Shown one piece after another: positions 49,805-62,410 of a stretch of DNA of 64,000 nt (the first letter of the stretch is position 1; every line of letters begins with the position of its first letter). The stretch covers positions 238,826,001 to 238,890,000 of the forward strand of contig NC_086097.1 of NCBI RefSeq assembly GCF_963921235.1, read 5' to 3'. The notes beneath the pieces were generated by a model. The model searched no databases. It was not told the DNA's origin and was given only the letters and a program-made list of their open reading frames with translations. This DNA comes from Mobula hypostoma. Taxonomy: Eukaryota. The translations under genes and the position numbers were made by a program.

Positions 49805-51575
49805 TTCTTTTCTTTTTAAATCTTTTTATTGAGTAAGTATACAAAAAAGGTAAGCCATATAAACATTAATACAATGTTAAAGTATAATAAAATTCCAAAA
49901 GATAACAATACCAAAAAGAAAATACTACAAACAATGTAATTTAAGCATAAGAAACCAAAATAACATAATAGTATACTAGATTTTATATATATCAATGGAA
50001 AAAAAAAGAAAAAAAAACCCCAAAAAAAAAACCCACCGTGCAACTAACTAAAAGCAAAGCAAAGCAATGGGCTAACTTGAAACCAAACAGAGTTAAACTT
50101 AAAATCACGTCCTCAATCCCGACCTCCATTAAAACAGTGAAAAAAAAACAAGAAGGGTAAATATTACATTAAATGAAAATATCGAATAAAAGGTCCCCAA
50201 ATCTGTTCAAATTTAAATGAAGAATCATGAAGGTTACTTCTAATTTTCTCCAGATTCAAACATAAAATCGTCTGAGAAAACCAAAAAAAGGTAGTTGGAG
50301 CATTAAGCTCTTTCCAATGTTGTAAAATACATCTTTTCGCCATTAAAGTAAGAAATGCAATCATTCTACGGGCTGAAGGGGAAAGATTACTAGAAATTTT
50401 AGGTAGTCCAAAGATAGCAGTAATAGGGTGAGGAGAGATATCTATATTTAATACCTTAGAAATAATATTGAAAATATCTCTCCAAAAAGTTTCCAAAGTA
50501 GGGCAAGACCAAAACATATGAGTTAAAGAGGCTATCTGCCCCGAACATCTATCACAGAAAGGATTAATATGCGAGTAAAAACGCGCTAACTTATCTTTGG
50601 ACATATGTGCTCTATGCACCACTTTAAATTGAATTAGGGAATGTTTAGCACAAATAGAAGAAGTATTAACTAATTGTAAAATCTGCCCCCAATCATCCAC
50701 AGAAATGGTAAGCCCCAATTCCTGTTCCCAATCTACCCTAATCTTATCAAATGGAGCTTTCCTGAGTTTCATAATAATATTATAAATCATAGCCGATGCA
50801 CCTTTCTGACATGGATTAAGGTTAATTATCGAATCTAAAATATATATAGGAGGAAGCATTGGAAAAGAAGGAAGTATAGTACTTAGAAAATTTCTAACTT
50901 GTAAATATCTAAAAAAATGTATTCTTGATAGGTTATATTTATTAGATAATTGTTCAAAAGACATAAGGGAACCATCTAAAAATAAATCCAAAAACCGTAA
51001 AATACCCTTAGTCTTCCAAGTTTGAAAAGCGCGATCCGTAAAAGAGGGAGGAAAAAATATGTTACCTAAAATAGGAATCGCTAACCCGAATTGATTAAGA
51101 TCAAAAAATTTTCTGAATTGAAACCAAATACGCAAAGCATATTTAACGATCGGGTTAGAGACCTGCTTAAGGCGTTTCGAATCAAAAGGAAGAGATGAAC
51201 CTAAAATAGAACCAAGTGTATAACCCTGAACAGATTGTAATTCCAATGCTACCCATTTAGGAATAGATAGTATATCCCGGTCAAGTAACCAAAATTTCAT
51301 ATGTCGAATATTAATAGCCCAATAATAAAATCTAAAGTTAGGTAATGCTAAACCTCCATCTCTCTTAGCTTTCTGTAAATGTATTTTACCCAGTCTCGGA
51401 TTCTTATTCTGCCAAATAAATGAAGAAATTTTAGAGTCGACTTTATCAAAAAAAGATTTAGGAACGAAAATTGGTAATGCCTGAAACACATATAAAAATT
51501 TTGGCAAAAAAAACATCTTAACTGCATTAATACGACCAATCAAAGTTAAATATAAAGGAAACCATTTAGATGAAA
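49805..51575 (-). mobile_element. Young L1-clade LINE, 5'-truncated
   Basis: Perfect 15-bp TSD AGAATCTTAAATCCT (49790-804 and 51576-90); AATAAA plus A-rich tail; uninterrupted ORF2 C-terminal frame. Confidence 0.93.
50164..51543 (-). CDS. L1 ORF2 C-terminal 459 aa (post-RT region plus CCHC zinc knuckle); truncated, no true start
   Basis: GRINAVKMFFLPKFLYVFQALP, GGLALPNFRFYYWA, CDRC..SLTHMFWSC. Confidence 0.85.
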   Translation of the reverse strand: MIGRINAVKMFFLPKFLYVFQALPIFVPKSFFDKVDSKISSFIWQNKNPRLGKIHLQKAKRDGGLALPNFRFYYWAINIRHMKFWLLDRDILSIPKWVALELQSVQGYTLGSILGSSLPFDSKRLKQVSNPIVKYALRIWFQFRKFFDLNQFGLAIPILGNIFFPPSFTDRAFQTWKTKGILRFLDLFLDGSLMSFEQLSNKYNLSRIHFFRYLQVRNFLSTILPSFPMLPPIYILDSIINLNPCQKGASAMIYNIIMKLRKAPFDKIRVDWEQELGLTISVDDWGQILQLVNTSSICAKHSLIQFKVVHRAHMSKDKLARFYSHINPFCDRCSGQIASLTHMFWSCPTLETFWRDIFNIISKVLNIDISPHPITAIFGLPKISSNLSPSARRMIAFLTLMAKRCILQHWKELNAPTTFFWFSQTILCLNLEKIRSNLHDSSFKFEQIWGPFIRYFHLM

Positions 51576-52365
51576 AGAATCTTAAATCCTCTGTTAAATT
51601 TTAACCACTTGAGACTACTTCTTCAGATGCTTTCAAGTCCAACAAAAAACACTATCCCATCATCCAGACATTTTGTTCATTAAAAAAAAAACACTTCCTA
51701 GCAGCAATATTAATAAAGGTCAATTGCTTTTAAATTTTATTCTGTTTAGAGATACTATATTGGCCTTAGAATAAGCAACTAGAGACCAGGAAATTGTGCC
51801 TCTTTCACCAATGTCACTTTGCAACCTGTGCTTATAGTTCAACATGTCTATGCAATGTGATACTCCACTTTGGATGAAGAAGCTTTGTTTGGATCCCGAA
51901 TGTGGAGGAGGTATTCCACTTCATAAGGGAAATATCTCTGGCAGCAGACACAAAGAATGGAGCACTCACTTCAGGAAGGGTCTCTGCCATTGGCTCTTCT
52001 TGATCTTTCAATGGCAGCAGCAGTTAGATAGTTACTTTGATTAAAGGCAGATGTGAAAAAAAAAAGACACCAAGGCCATCAAAGTTCACCACGTTTGTTA
52101 CTCGCAGGACAAATAAGTCATGGAAAGTTGATGCTGGCTGGGAGCATGGCTTCCCTGCTGCAGAACTATTTGACTGTTTGGCATTGACACAAACAACACA
52201 TTTCACTGTATGCTTCAATGTACATGTGACAAACAAATCTTATTTCAATATAGAATATTGAACACAGAAATGGGATCTTTAGCCACCTGAACCTTCACCA
52301 ATTATTACCTCCCCTCATTTATGCTATTTTATGTTCCCTATATGCTCATCAACAGGCCCTAGAAT

Positions 52366-53258
52366 CAGGGTTGGTGAACCATTTTAAGCTTGTGTTCCCA
52401 AATTAGTGATCACCTCAGAAAAAAAATAATCTCATACGCTGTAGTAATTTTGAGCAAAGATTATCATTGATAACAGTAAGCATGGACTTGAAGGAGAAAG
52501 GATGAGCCTCTTTCTTATTGCTACCATCAGGGAGGAGGTACAGGAGCCTGAAGGCACACACTCAGTGATTCACAAATAGCTTCTTTCCTTCTGCCATCAG
52601 GTTTCTGAATAGACCTTGAACCCATGAACACTACTTCACGACTTTTCCTCTATTTTGCACTACTTCTTTAATTTAACTTTTTTATAGATATACTTCTTAC
52701 CGTAATTTACTGTCTTTATTTTTATGCATTGCAATGCATAGCTGCTGCATAACAACATATGCCAGTGATATTAAACCTGATTCTACTTCCTGATGCATAC
52801 TTATGTGTATTTGTTGTTTTATTATTTAAAAAGACTAACCGAGACAGATTGAACTGAAGCGATTCAGAAATCCTGATCAAAAATTACTAATATTAGTATT
52901 TTATAAAGACAATTGAAAAATTACATAATTTCTAAGTCGCATTGTTATCATAACCATTTTCTGTTCGAATACTAATGTGTTCACCAGGTCTGTGAGGCGT
53001 TCAAAATGTATTATCCAATGTAATATATTCTTGCAACCCTCGAGCTGGTGCCAAGCCGATATGCGGCGTTTCCCATGAAAACATCTCACTGCTTGTGGGT
53101 TATAATCATGCGCTGCTCTGTTTTGTCGTAAAAATAATTGCTGTGTATTTTTTTTAAATTAGGGATGTGATTTAAAGAATTGAAGGGCAGCACTGCATGT
53201 CAGCAAAGTATTGGCACATGCCATTTTGGGCATGTCAGACATAGATTCAACACCACTG
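52366..53258. mobile_element. hAT (Charlie-like) non-autonomous transposon with a nested Rex tail (~52506-52790)
   Basis: Imperfect TIR CAGGGTTGGTGAACC versus reverse complement CAGTGGTGTTGAATC (11/15); flanks CCCTAGAAT and CCCTCGAT resemble an 8-bp CTAG-centred TSD. Confidence 0.6.
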
Positions 53259-53368
53259 CCCTCGATCATTTTATTTATTTATTTAATGGGATACAGCACA
53301 GAATAGGTCCTTCAAGCTATGCTGCCTAGCATCACCCTACTTTAACTAACCTAATCATGGGACAACTT

Positions 53369-54510
53369 CCTTTCAAGTTCCTGGGTGTCAAGATCTCTGA
53401 GGATCTAACCTGGTCCCAACATATTGATGTAGTTATAAAGAAGGCAAGACAGCGGCTATACTTCATTAGGAGTTTGAGAGATTTGGCATGTCAACAAATA
53501 CACTCAATACTTTCTATAGATGTACTGTGGGGAGCATTCTGACAGGCTGCATCACTGTCTTGTATGGAGGGGCTACTGCACAGGACCGAAAGAAGCTGCA
53601 GAGAGTTGTCAACTTAGTCGACTCCATCTTGGGTACTAACCTACAAAGTACCCAGGACCTCTTCAGGGAGCAATGCCTCAGAAAGGCAGCGTCCATTATT
53701 AAGGACCTCCAGCACCTAGGGCATGCCCTTTTCTCACTGTTACCATCAGATAGGAGGTTCAGAAGCCTGAAGGCACACACTCAGCAATTCAGGAACAGCT
53801 TCTTCCCCTCTGCCATCCAATTCCTCAATGGACATTGAACCCTTGGACACTACTTCACCTTTTTAATATACAGTATTTCTGTTCTTTGTATGTTTTTTTA
53901 AAATCTATTCAATATATATATAATGTAATTGGTTTACTTATTTATTTACTATTATTTTTTTTCTCTTTTATATTATGTATTGCATTGAACTGCTGCTGCT
54001 AAGTTAACAAATTTCACGTCACATACCGGTGATAATAAACCTCATTCTGATTCTGACCAATTGACCAGTTAACCAATTGCATGAAACAGCGTCCATCATC
54101 AAAGATCCTCACCACCCAAGCCAAGGTCTTTCCTCGCTGCTGTAATCAGGTAGAAGGTACAAGAGCCTCAGGACTAACAACACCATGTTCAAGAACAGTT
54201 ACTACCTCTCAAGCATCAGGCACTTGAACAAAAGAGGATAACTACACTCATCTATTGCGTTGTTCCCACAGCCAATTATTTCACCATAAGGACTCCTTAT
54301 CTTGTTACTTCATGTTCCTGTTATTTATTGCTATTTATTTATCTTTGCATTTACACAGTATGTTGTCTTTTGGGACTTACTTGATCTTTCATGGATCCTG
54401 CCATAGTTATGATTCTATAAACTTGCTGAGAATGCCCGCAGGAAAATTAATCTCAGGGTTGTATATGGTGACATATATAGTGACTCTAATAATAAAATTA
54501 CTTTGAACTT
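53369..54510 (+). mobile_element. Two Rex-type LINE 3' fragments
   Basis: FKFLGVKISEDLTWSQH..KKARQRLYFIRSL; FYRCTVGSILTGCIT..HALFSLLPS..FRNSFFP; (ATTCTG)n tail. Confidence 0.8.
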
Positions 54511-55152
54511 TAACCTAGCAACTGGTACATCTTTGGATTGTGGGAGGCAATTGGAGCTCCCAGAGAAAACCCATGTGGTCATGGTGAGAACGTACAAACT
54601 CCTTACAGGCAGAGGTGGGGATTGAACCTCGGTCACTGGTACTGTAAAGGATTGTGATAACCACTATGCTGCCACGTCACCTACACACCAGAGACGGTTC
54701 ACAGTGTCCAACTAACCTACCAACTACAAACGTACATCTTTGCGATATGAGAGGAAACTGGAGCACCCAGAGGAAACCTACATGATCACAAGGAAAATCC
54801 ACAAACTTTACACAACCTGCACCAGAGTTCAGGATCAATGCAGATCAATGGAGCTGTGAGACAGCAGATCAACTGGCTGAATCACAGTGCTGCCCCAGAT
54901 GCATCAATGTGCGACAATGCAACACCGTATATAACAATAAGAAAATGGCAAACACAGTGGCAACTACTTTGCATTGATAATTACTGCAATAGATTATACT
55001 CTATCAGATTGCCCAGTAAACACAATACTGAATACAAAATAAATATAATTAAAATACTAGTAATAAAGAAAATAATGGCTTCTATTAGTGAGAAGTCTCC
55101 TGGACCAAATTCCATTGTATTGTTTAATGGGAGCGGATGATAAATTTTCAAA

Positions 55153-55361
55153 AACATAAGAAAATCCGAAGATGCTGGAAATCCAAAGCAACACATCCAA
55201 AATGCTTGAGAAACTCAGCAGGTCAGGCCACGTCTATGGAAATGAATAGACAGTACACGTTTTGGGCTCAGACCTGTCTTGGCCTGAAATGTCGTCTGTC
55301 TATTCATTTCCATAGATGCAGCTTGACCTGCTAAGTTTCTTCAGCATTTTAAGTGTGTTGC
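55153..55361. mobile_element. Older fold-back PLE pLTR insertion
   Basis: Inverted arms (GCAACACATCCAAAATGCTTGAGAAACTCAGCAGGTCAGGC..CTATGGAAATGAATAGACAG and its complement); 14/15 TSD TGA(T/A)AAATTTTCAAA at 55138-52 and 55362-76. Confidence 0.8.
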
Positions 55362-57007
55362 TGAAAAATTTTCAAACCTAGCTTCAGGAACAATTCATTT
55401 TGGTTGAAATCATTGCCCATTCTGCTTTTGAACCAGAGATGGAAATAAGGGATTTAGAAGTTAACTTGTCTAAAATCTGCTGCAGGAAGTTTCAAAGTAT
55501 TCAGAATAAAAGAATGAGCAACTGACCACATTATGGTATTTCAGATGATTGGAGAGAGAAGGGATGAACTTTAATTGGGTCATGCATAATAAATCTTACT
55601 GAATTTTGAGAGGAGTGTTGGTGAAAGTAGTGGATATGGAAATCTTTTTGGAGCAGATTTATATGGATTTCCAGAAAGCATTAAACAAAGGCACTCATGA
55701 GAGTACTAAACACAATTATTGGGCCGGATTGTTCTTCTGTCAGCAGTTCTGCCATTGAAATTGTAGTAAGCCCTGGATTTCTGTACTCATGCCAGCAAAA
55801 GCTCAGGTCTTAGAATTACCAAATGCCCATTTCCTCCATCAGTGGAGTCCAACTACTGGAGATTCCTCTGTCCTATTCCAGGAAATCGATCCTGGGATAG
55901 TGCACTAGCTGAAATGTGCCAGATGATCTGAGCCTGATTGACGTGAATATGATTTTATAAGATGAACGGGAAGATCTTTTTCTTAAATTTTAGATTAATG
56001 TTTTGGTGAGCTCCCGTTTTCTGCATTTTATTAACTGCATTTTCATTATTTTTAATAATAATTCACTTTGAGCTTAATAGTGCTTAAATGTTTTCTTTTC
56101 AAAATCAAAGACATTCATTTAAGTAACGTCCATTTTCACAGTAGGCAAAATTCCACTTCCCAGCTTCCCTGGCTGGCAAAATCTATTGAGGCATTTAAGG
56201 GATGGGCCCTCACCATAAAACAAACTGATTCCCAATTGTCACCTGGACCACATTGCTGGATCCCAGGGTGTTGAAGGCCAGAGTGCTAACCCGCTACATC
56301 GAGGCAATCAGAGTGCAGGCACTAGGAGTGTTTTATTCAAGATGGTGGCTCTGGACTGCCATGATGGTGGTTGTCTAGGTTAGGAACCAATAAATTGCAG
56401 GTTAGTGAACAACTTCAACAAAGGCAAGAAACAGACCCTTCAGAGCTGATGAGCAGCCGACTCAAAATGCTGGAGAAAATCAACAGGTCAGGCAGCATTG
56501 TACAGCATGAGAAGACCATGAACCAATCTACCTAACGCCTCATAAAGTGGCCACTGAGTGTGTCATATGCAGGAACAGTGAGTTAGCAAAGAACAGGGAG
56601 CGGATGCTGCTGAAAGAAGATCAGCTTGGGGTTAAATCCAAAAGCAGCATCATATGGTTGGCAAAGTCCACACTCATAAACTGAGCCTCTCATCATAAGG
56701 AAAGGTAGCTGGGAAGGTGAATGCTTGTCCTGGAAAAGTGAAGGGAGGGCTCCCTATTGAGGTTCGCTGGCTGCAATACTGAGAGAAGACAGGGATCTAT
56801 CGCTAACGTCACCTCTACCTGACCAAAATGAGGTTAAGTTTCAAGTAAAAAGATACAGTCACTGCCATTTTAAACATGTCGTGAGGAGAGGTAGTGGAAA
56901 AAATAAAGCCTGACAGTAAAATAAACTGGTGGCAATGATAATGAAGATCAGACTTTGGAAAAGAGTAAGAGAGACTTAAATAGCCAGGCTATGCATAGCT
57001 TTATGGC

Positions 57008-57648
57008 TCCTTAAGGTTGTTATAGCTGGGGGTGGTAATAGAGAAATGCTGCCACTATACACTAAATGCTCCCAATGGAATACACCTTAAATAGTCTCGA
57101 CAACCAAGTCAAACTCCTGGCCTTCACGTGTGGCTTAGTTACCAAGCCTGACAGAGCCGTTTCTACTGATCAGCTATGCTGAGATGGCAGAGATGACACG
57201 GTGGGTCAGATGGCCCAATTCTGCTCCTAGATCTTATGGTCTTATAGATAGGAGAAGGGGAAAAGGCAGGTTACTAGCACTTAAAACCAGTCGCTCCGGG
57301 CAGATGGCGCTCGTCAGCTGTGATTGCCAGCTTATCTAGGAGAAGGAAAACTCGGATCTCAAACCTCTGCTGCCTTGCATTTACACCCACTCACGGGGCT
57401 GGCTTCAGGAGTAAACCCGGAGGAAAAATCCGGAGCTGGAGTCCTTAAGCAGTCCTACGCTGATTTCAATGTTGACTGGCAGTTCCTGCAACGCTGCTGG
57501 TACCAAACTGTATCAGGTCTCTACCATTCCTTTGGATTCATCAGATGCATGGGCAGCAGCTTGTTCTCTGTATCATAGTGCCCTGGTTTGCGTACCTAGA
57601 CACCTAAGACACAACATCCATTGTCAAATCTGACTAACAGAGGGCTCA
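57008..57648 (+). mobile_element. Non-autonomous RTE-related element with a nested CR1 tail (~57170-57248)
   Basis: Homologous to 32851-33547 and 1524-1980. Confidence 0.65.
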
Positions 57649-58484
57649 AAGAATAACTTTATAAAATATAACTTCAGAACAATAGTTAAAAATAAATGAG
57701 ATTAATGATTAATAAAATCATATTAAATTGCCTAAAGAGAAATGTAAATAGTATTTAAAACAGGAAGCCTGGGGGCAATAATTTTCAGAGGTCCCCAGAT
57801 GAATGAAATCTGAAGTATGCATAAAAAAAAAGCAAGACAGGCAATTTTAAAAAATGCACTGCATAATTTCTGGCTATGCATCGGCGACCAACAACTCCGA
57901 AAACATGTCACGAGGAAACAACAATATCATTCAGACCTGCAGGTCTCTCAGATTGAATTCATTGCTGCTTGGCCTCCTTGACAAAGTTTCAAAAACTCCA
58001 CTGAGCTAACTATCATCATTGGGAGCAGGGAGTTGCTTCCCAGTCCTGGGGTGGGATAAAGTCATTCTGTTTTTTTGTCCTCCTTGGAAAGATCTTGGTT
58101 TTCATATTCCAAATTCATTATACATTTTCCCTTTATGTTGAAATTTGTCACAATTTTTCTAATTACCTCTGAGTTTATAAATGTGTTTGCCCACATTTAC
58201 AAAGGAAAGATCCAGGGCACAATCTTTTCTTATTAATTAGCTAACAATCCCACCAAATAAACCCCTGTGCTTGCAATAAATGTCAACCAGGCAGAAGTTA
58301 CCTTTTTATTCACGTTGCTTTAAGATTGCTGCATGTGGATTTGAATATTCTCATGTGACTGCTGTCCAATGTGAATTGTTGGTGAGAAATGCTGACCAGT
58401 GCAAAATACACACTGGTGATGACTGGTGAGAAGTGAACACATTCTGCAAGTAAATGCCTGCAAGAAATTATTCTCAAGGTAGTA

Positions 58485-59260
58485 GATGCTCTCTTCTCAC
58501 TGCTGCCATCAGGAAGAAGGCACAGGAGCCTCAGGACTCACACTACCAGGTTCAGGAACAGTTATTACACCTCAACCATCAGGCTCTTGAACCAAAGGGA
58601 AAACTTCACTCAACTTCACTTGTCCCGTCATTGAAATGTTCCCACAGCCAATGGACTCATTTTCAAGGACTCTTCATCTCAGGTTCTCAGTATTTAATGC
58701 TTATTTATTTACTATTATTGTTTCTAACTTTTTGTATTTGCAGTTTGTTGTCTTCTGCACACTGGTTGTATGCCCTAGTTGGGTGGTCTTTCATCGATTC
58801 TGTTGTGGTTATTTTTTTTTAAATTTTACTTTATTTTATTGAGTTATAGCAGGGAATAGACCCTTCTAGTCCTTCGAGCTGCACGCCCAGTAACCCCCGA
58901 TTTAACCCTAGCCTAGTCACAGGACAATTTACAATGACCAGTTAACCTACTAACCAGTATGACATTTGTACCGTGGAAGGAAACCAGGGCAGATGGAGTA
59001 AACCCATGTTGTCACGACGACAATGTATAAACTCCTGACAGGCAGCTGCAGAAATTGAAATTGGGTCAAATCTGGTACTGTAAAGCATGGTGCTAACCAC
59101 TACACTACCATGCTGCTAATTCTCATAGTTATTATTCTATAGAGTGGTTGAGTATGCCCACAAGAAAATGAATCTCAGGGTTGTATATGGTGACATATAT
59201 GTACTTTGCTAATAAATTTAATTTGAACTGTAATATATGTACTTTCATAATAAATTGACT
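58485..59260 (+). mobile_element. Rex-type tail interrupted by a V-SINE (~58830-59115)
   Basis: GCTCTCTTCTCACTGCTGCCATCAGGAAGAAGG...; tail AATCTCAGGGTTGTATATGGTGACATATATGTACTTTG. Confidence 0.72.
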
Positions 59261-59262
59261 TT

Positions 59263-61398
59263 AGAAACATAGAAACATGAAAAACCTACAGCACAATACA
59301 GGCCATTCGGCCCACAAAGCTGTGCTGAACGTGTCCTAACCTGAGAAATTAATGATGGTTACCCATAACACTCTATTTTTCTAAACTCCATGTACCTGTC
59401 CAGGAGTCTCTTAAAAGACCCTACTGTATCCACCTCCACCACCGTCACCAGCAGCCCATTCCACGCACTCACTACACTCTGCGTAAAAACCCTGACATCT
59501 CCTCTGTACCTGCTTCCAAGCACCTTAAAACTGTGCCCTTTCAGGCTAGCTATTTCAGCTCTGGGAAAAAGCCTCTGACTATCCACACGATCAACACCTC
59601 TCATCGTCTTATACATCTCCATCAGGTCACCTTTCATCCTCCGTCGCTCCAAGGAAAAAAGGCCGAGTTCACTCAGCCTATTCTCATAAGGCGTGATCCC
59701 CAATCCAGGCAACATCCTTGTAAATCTCCTCTGCACCCTTTCTATGGTTTCCACATCCTTCCTATAGTGAGACGACCTGAAATGAGCACAGTACTCCAAG
59801 TGGGGTTTGACCAGGGTCCCATATAGCTGCAACATTACCTCTTGGCTCCTAAACTCAATCCCACTACTGATGAAGGCCATTGCACTGCATGCTGTCTTAA
59901 CCACAGAGTCAACCTGCACAGCAGCTTTGAGTGTCCTATGGACTCAGACCCCAAGATCCCTCTGATCCGCCACACTACCAAGAGCCTTCCCATTAATCAT
60001 CATATTTGACCTACCAAAATGAACCATCTCACACTTCTCTGGGTTGAATTCCATCTGCCCCTTCGCAACCCAGTTTTAGACAATAGACAATAGGTTCAGG
60101 AGTAGGCCATTCGGCCCTTTGAGCCAGCACCGCCATTCACTGTGATCATGGCTGATCATCCACAATCAGTATCTAGTTCCTGCCTTATCCCCATAACCTT
60201 TGATTCCGCTATCTTTAAGAGCTCTATCCATCTGTTTCTTGAAAGCATCCAGAGACTTGGCCTCCACAGCCTTCTGGGGCAGAGCATTCCATATATCCAC
60301 CACTCTCTGGGTGAAAAAATTCTTCCTCAACTCCGTTCTAAATGGCCTACCCCTTATTCTTAAACTGTGGCCTCTGGTTCTGGACTCACCCATCAGCGGG
60401 AACATGCTTCCTGCCTGCAGCGTGTCCAATTCCTTAATAATCTTACATGTTTCAATAAGATCACCTCTCAGCCTTCTAAATTCCAGAGTATACAAGCCCA
60501 GTCGCTCCAATCTTTCGACATAGGACAGTCCCGCCATCCCGGGAATTAACCTTGTGAACCTACGCTGCACTCCCTCAATGGCAAGAATGACCTTCCTCAA
60601 ATTTAGAGACCAAAACTGCACACAGTACTCCAGGTGTGGCTTCACCAGGGCCCTGTACAGCTGCAGAAGGACCTCTTTGCTTCTATACTCAATTCCGCTT
60701 GTTATGAAGGCCAGCATGCCATTAGCTTTCTTCACTGCCTGCTGTACTTGCATGCTTGCTTTCAGTGACTGATGTACAAGAACACTTAGATCTCGTTGTA
60801 CTTCCCCTTTTCCTAACTTGACTCCATTTGGATAATAATCTGCCTTCCCGTTCCCGTTCTTACCACCAAAGTGGATAACCTCACATTTATCCACATTAAA
60901 CTGCGTCTGCCATGCATCTGCCCACTCACCCAGCCTGTCCAAGTCACCCTGCATTCTCATAACATCCTCCTCACATTTCACACTGCCACCCAGCTTTGTG
61001 TCATTGGCAAATTTGCTAATGTTACTTTTAAGTCCCTAATCTAAATCATTAATATATATTGTAAACAGCTGCGGTCCCAGCACTGAACCCTACGGTACCC
61101 CACTGGTCACCGCCTGCCATTCCGAAAGGGACCCGTTAATCGCTACTCTTTGTTTTCTGTCAGCCAGCCAATTTTCTATCCACGTCACTACTCTGCCCCC
61201 AATACCATGTGCCCTAATTTTGCCCACTAATCTCCTATGTGGGATGTTATCAAAGGCTTTCTGAAAGTCCAGGTACACTACATCCTCTGGCTCTCCCTTG
61301 TCCATTTTCATAGTTACATCCTACACAGTTTTGCATCCTATCAATGTCCCGCTGTAACCTCTGACAGCCCTCCACACTATCCATAACTCCTCTAACCT
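59263..61398 (-). mobile_element. CR1 LINE (59263-60077 plus 61326-61398) split by a second CR1
   Basis: ORF 59359-59919; the host frame (VEGCQRLQRDIDRMQN / W) resumes across the insertion. Confidence 0.88.
60078..61325 (-). mobile_element. Nested CR1 of a different subfamily (RT plus tail)
   Basis: ORFs 61090 (YLDFQKAFD..VTSGVP) and 60166 (271 aa); (TAGACAA)n tail; 7-bp TSD CAGTTTT (60071-77 and 61326-32). Confidence 0.9.
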
Positions 61399-61984
61399 TT
61401 AAAAAAAGTTTATGAGGAGATCGAGTCATCACCAAGGCAATACATGCCTCTAAAACTGTCATGTCAGCATGATATATAATTTTGTTGAAGAACACATTGG
61501 CACTGAATTTCAAACACAGAGTACAATGTAATCCTGTTACTTCACACCATGTTTACATCTACCATTCAGGAATTAGATTCCAGGCATCAGTCTGTTCAAT
61601 GTTTCTGCTACATTTTCGAATCTCCAGAATAATGTACTAAATCAATAGCTCATCTGTTTCAGTTAGAAAACTCTGTGGCAAAGCTCCAGCTTTAGAGAAA
61701 TTTAGTAAAGCCTGATCTGTTTCATCAAATGACTCATTACCACGGTATTTACATACTCTATATCAAAGCATTACACTGCATTTTGCTGAATTATCAAACT
61801 GCTCCAAATGAGTAGACTTCTGCAGCCAATGTAGATCAACATACATTGTAATTTACAAAATAACTTCACAAATAGCACAGAATATTTATTATTTATTGAG
61901 ATACAGCACGGAATGCACTGTTCCAGCACTTTGAGCCATGCTGTCCTGTAATCCCCCAATTTAATCTTCACCTAATCATGGGAC

Positions 61985-62410
61985 CTCCTAGAGGACCACA
62001 ACCTTCTTGTGGTTTGGAGGCTTTCATGCCTCAGTGATTCAGAGAACTCTGTTGTCTGGCTGAAGTCAGGGCTTTATGCTTTGCCTCTTGATAGGGTCAC
62101 CCATCCCCAAACAAACCAAAATGTAGAGGACAGATTAAGAGTGGTCCAGCAGTCCTCCAGGTTCGGGGATTGAGCTCAGGGCTAACAACCCTGACTGGTC
62201 AAAACAATTGTTACGAAAATAACAGTGATGAATCCTTCCACATATGAGCGTGATGGTATTCTTGGATCTCCACTTGGGAGTTGCATGACTGACAGTAGTG
62301 AAAACCAAGGGGAAGCTACTGACATGAAGGAAGCACTGAACACTGCCAAAGGTGGAGGACCTTCATTGCTGCCCTAGATACCAGGGGTGTAACAGATAGT
62401 AAGTAAGTAA
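61985..62410 (+). mobile_element. RTE-derived non-autonomous element (5'UTR joined to 3' tail)
   Basis: ACAACCTTCTTGTGGTTTGGAGGCTTTCATGCCTCAGTGA resembles RTE 5'UTRs; (TAAG)n tail; a second copy starts at ~63917 and runs off the window. Confidence 0.55.

Noticed and set aside
55720..56400. Possible Harbinger terminus (GGGCCGGATT...) and internal sequence
   Set aside because: I found no matching second TIR, TWA TSD or transposase peptide.
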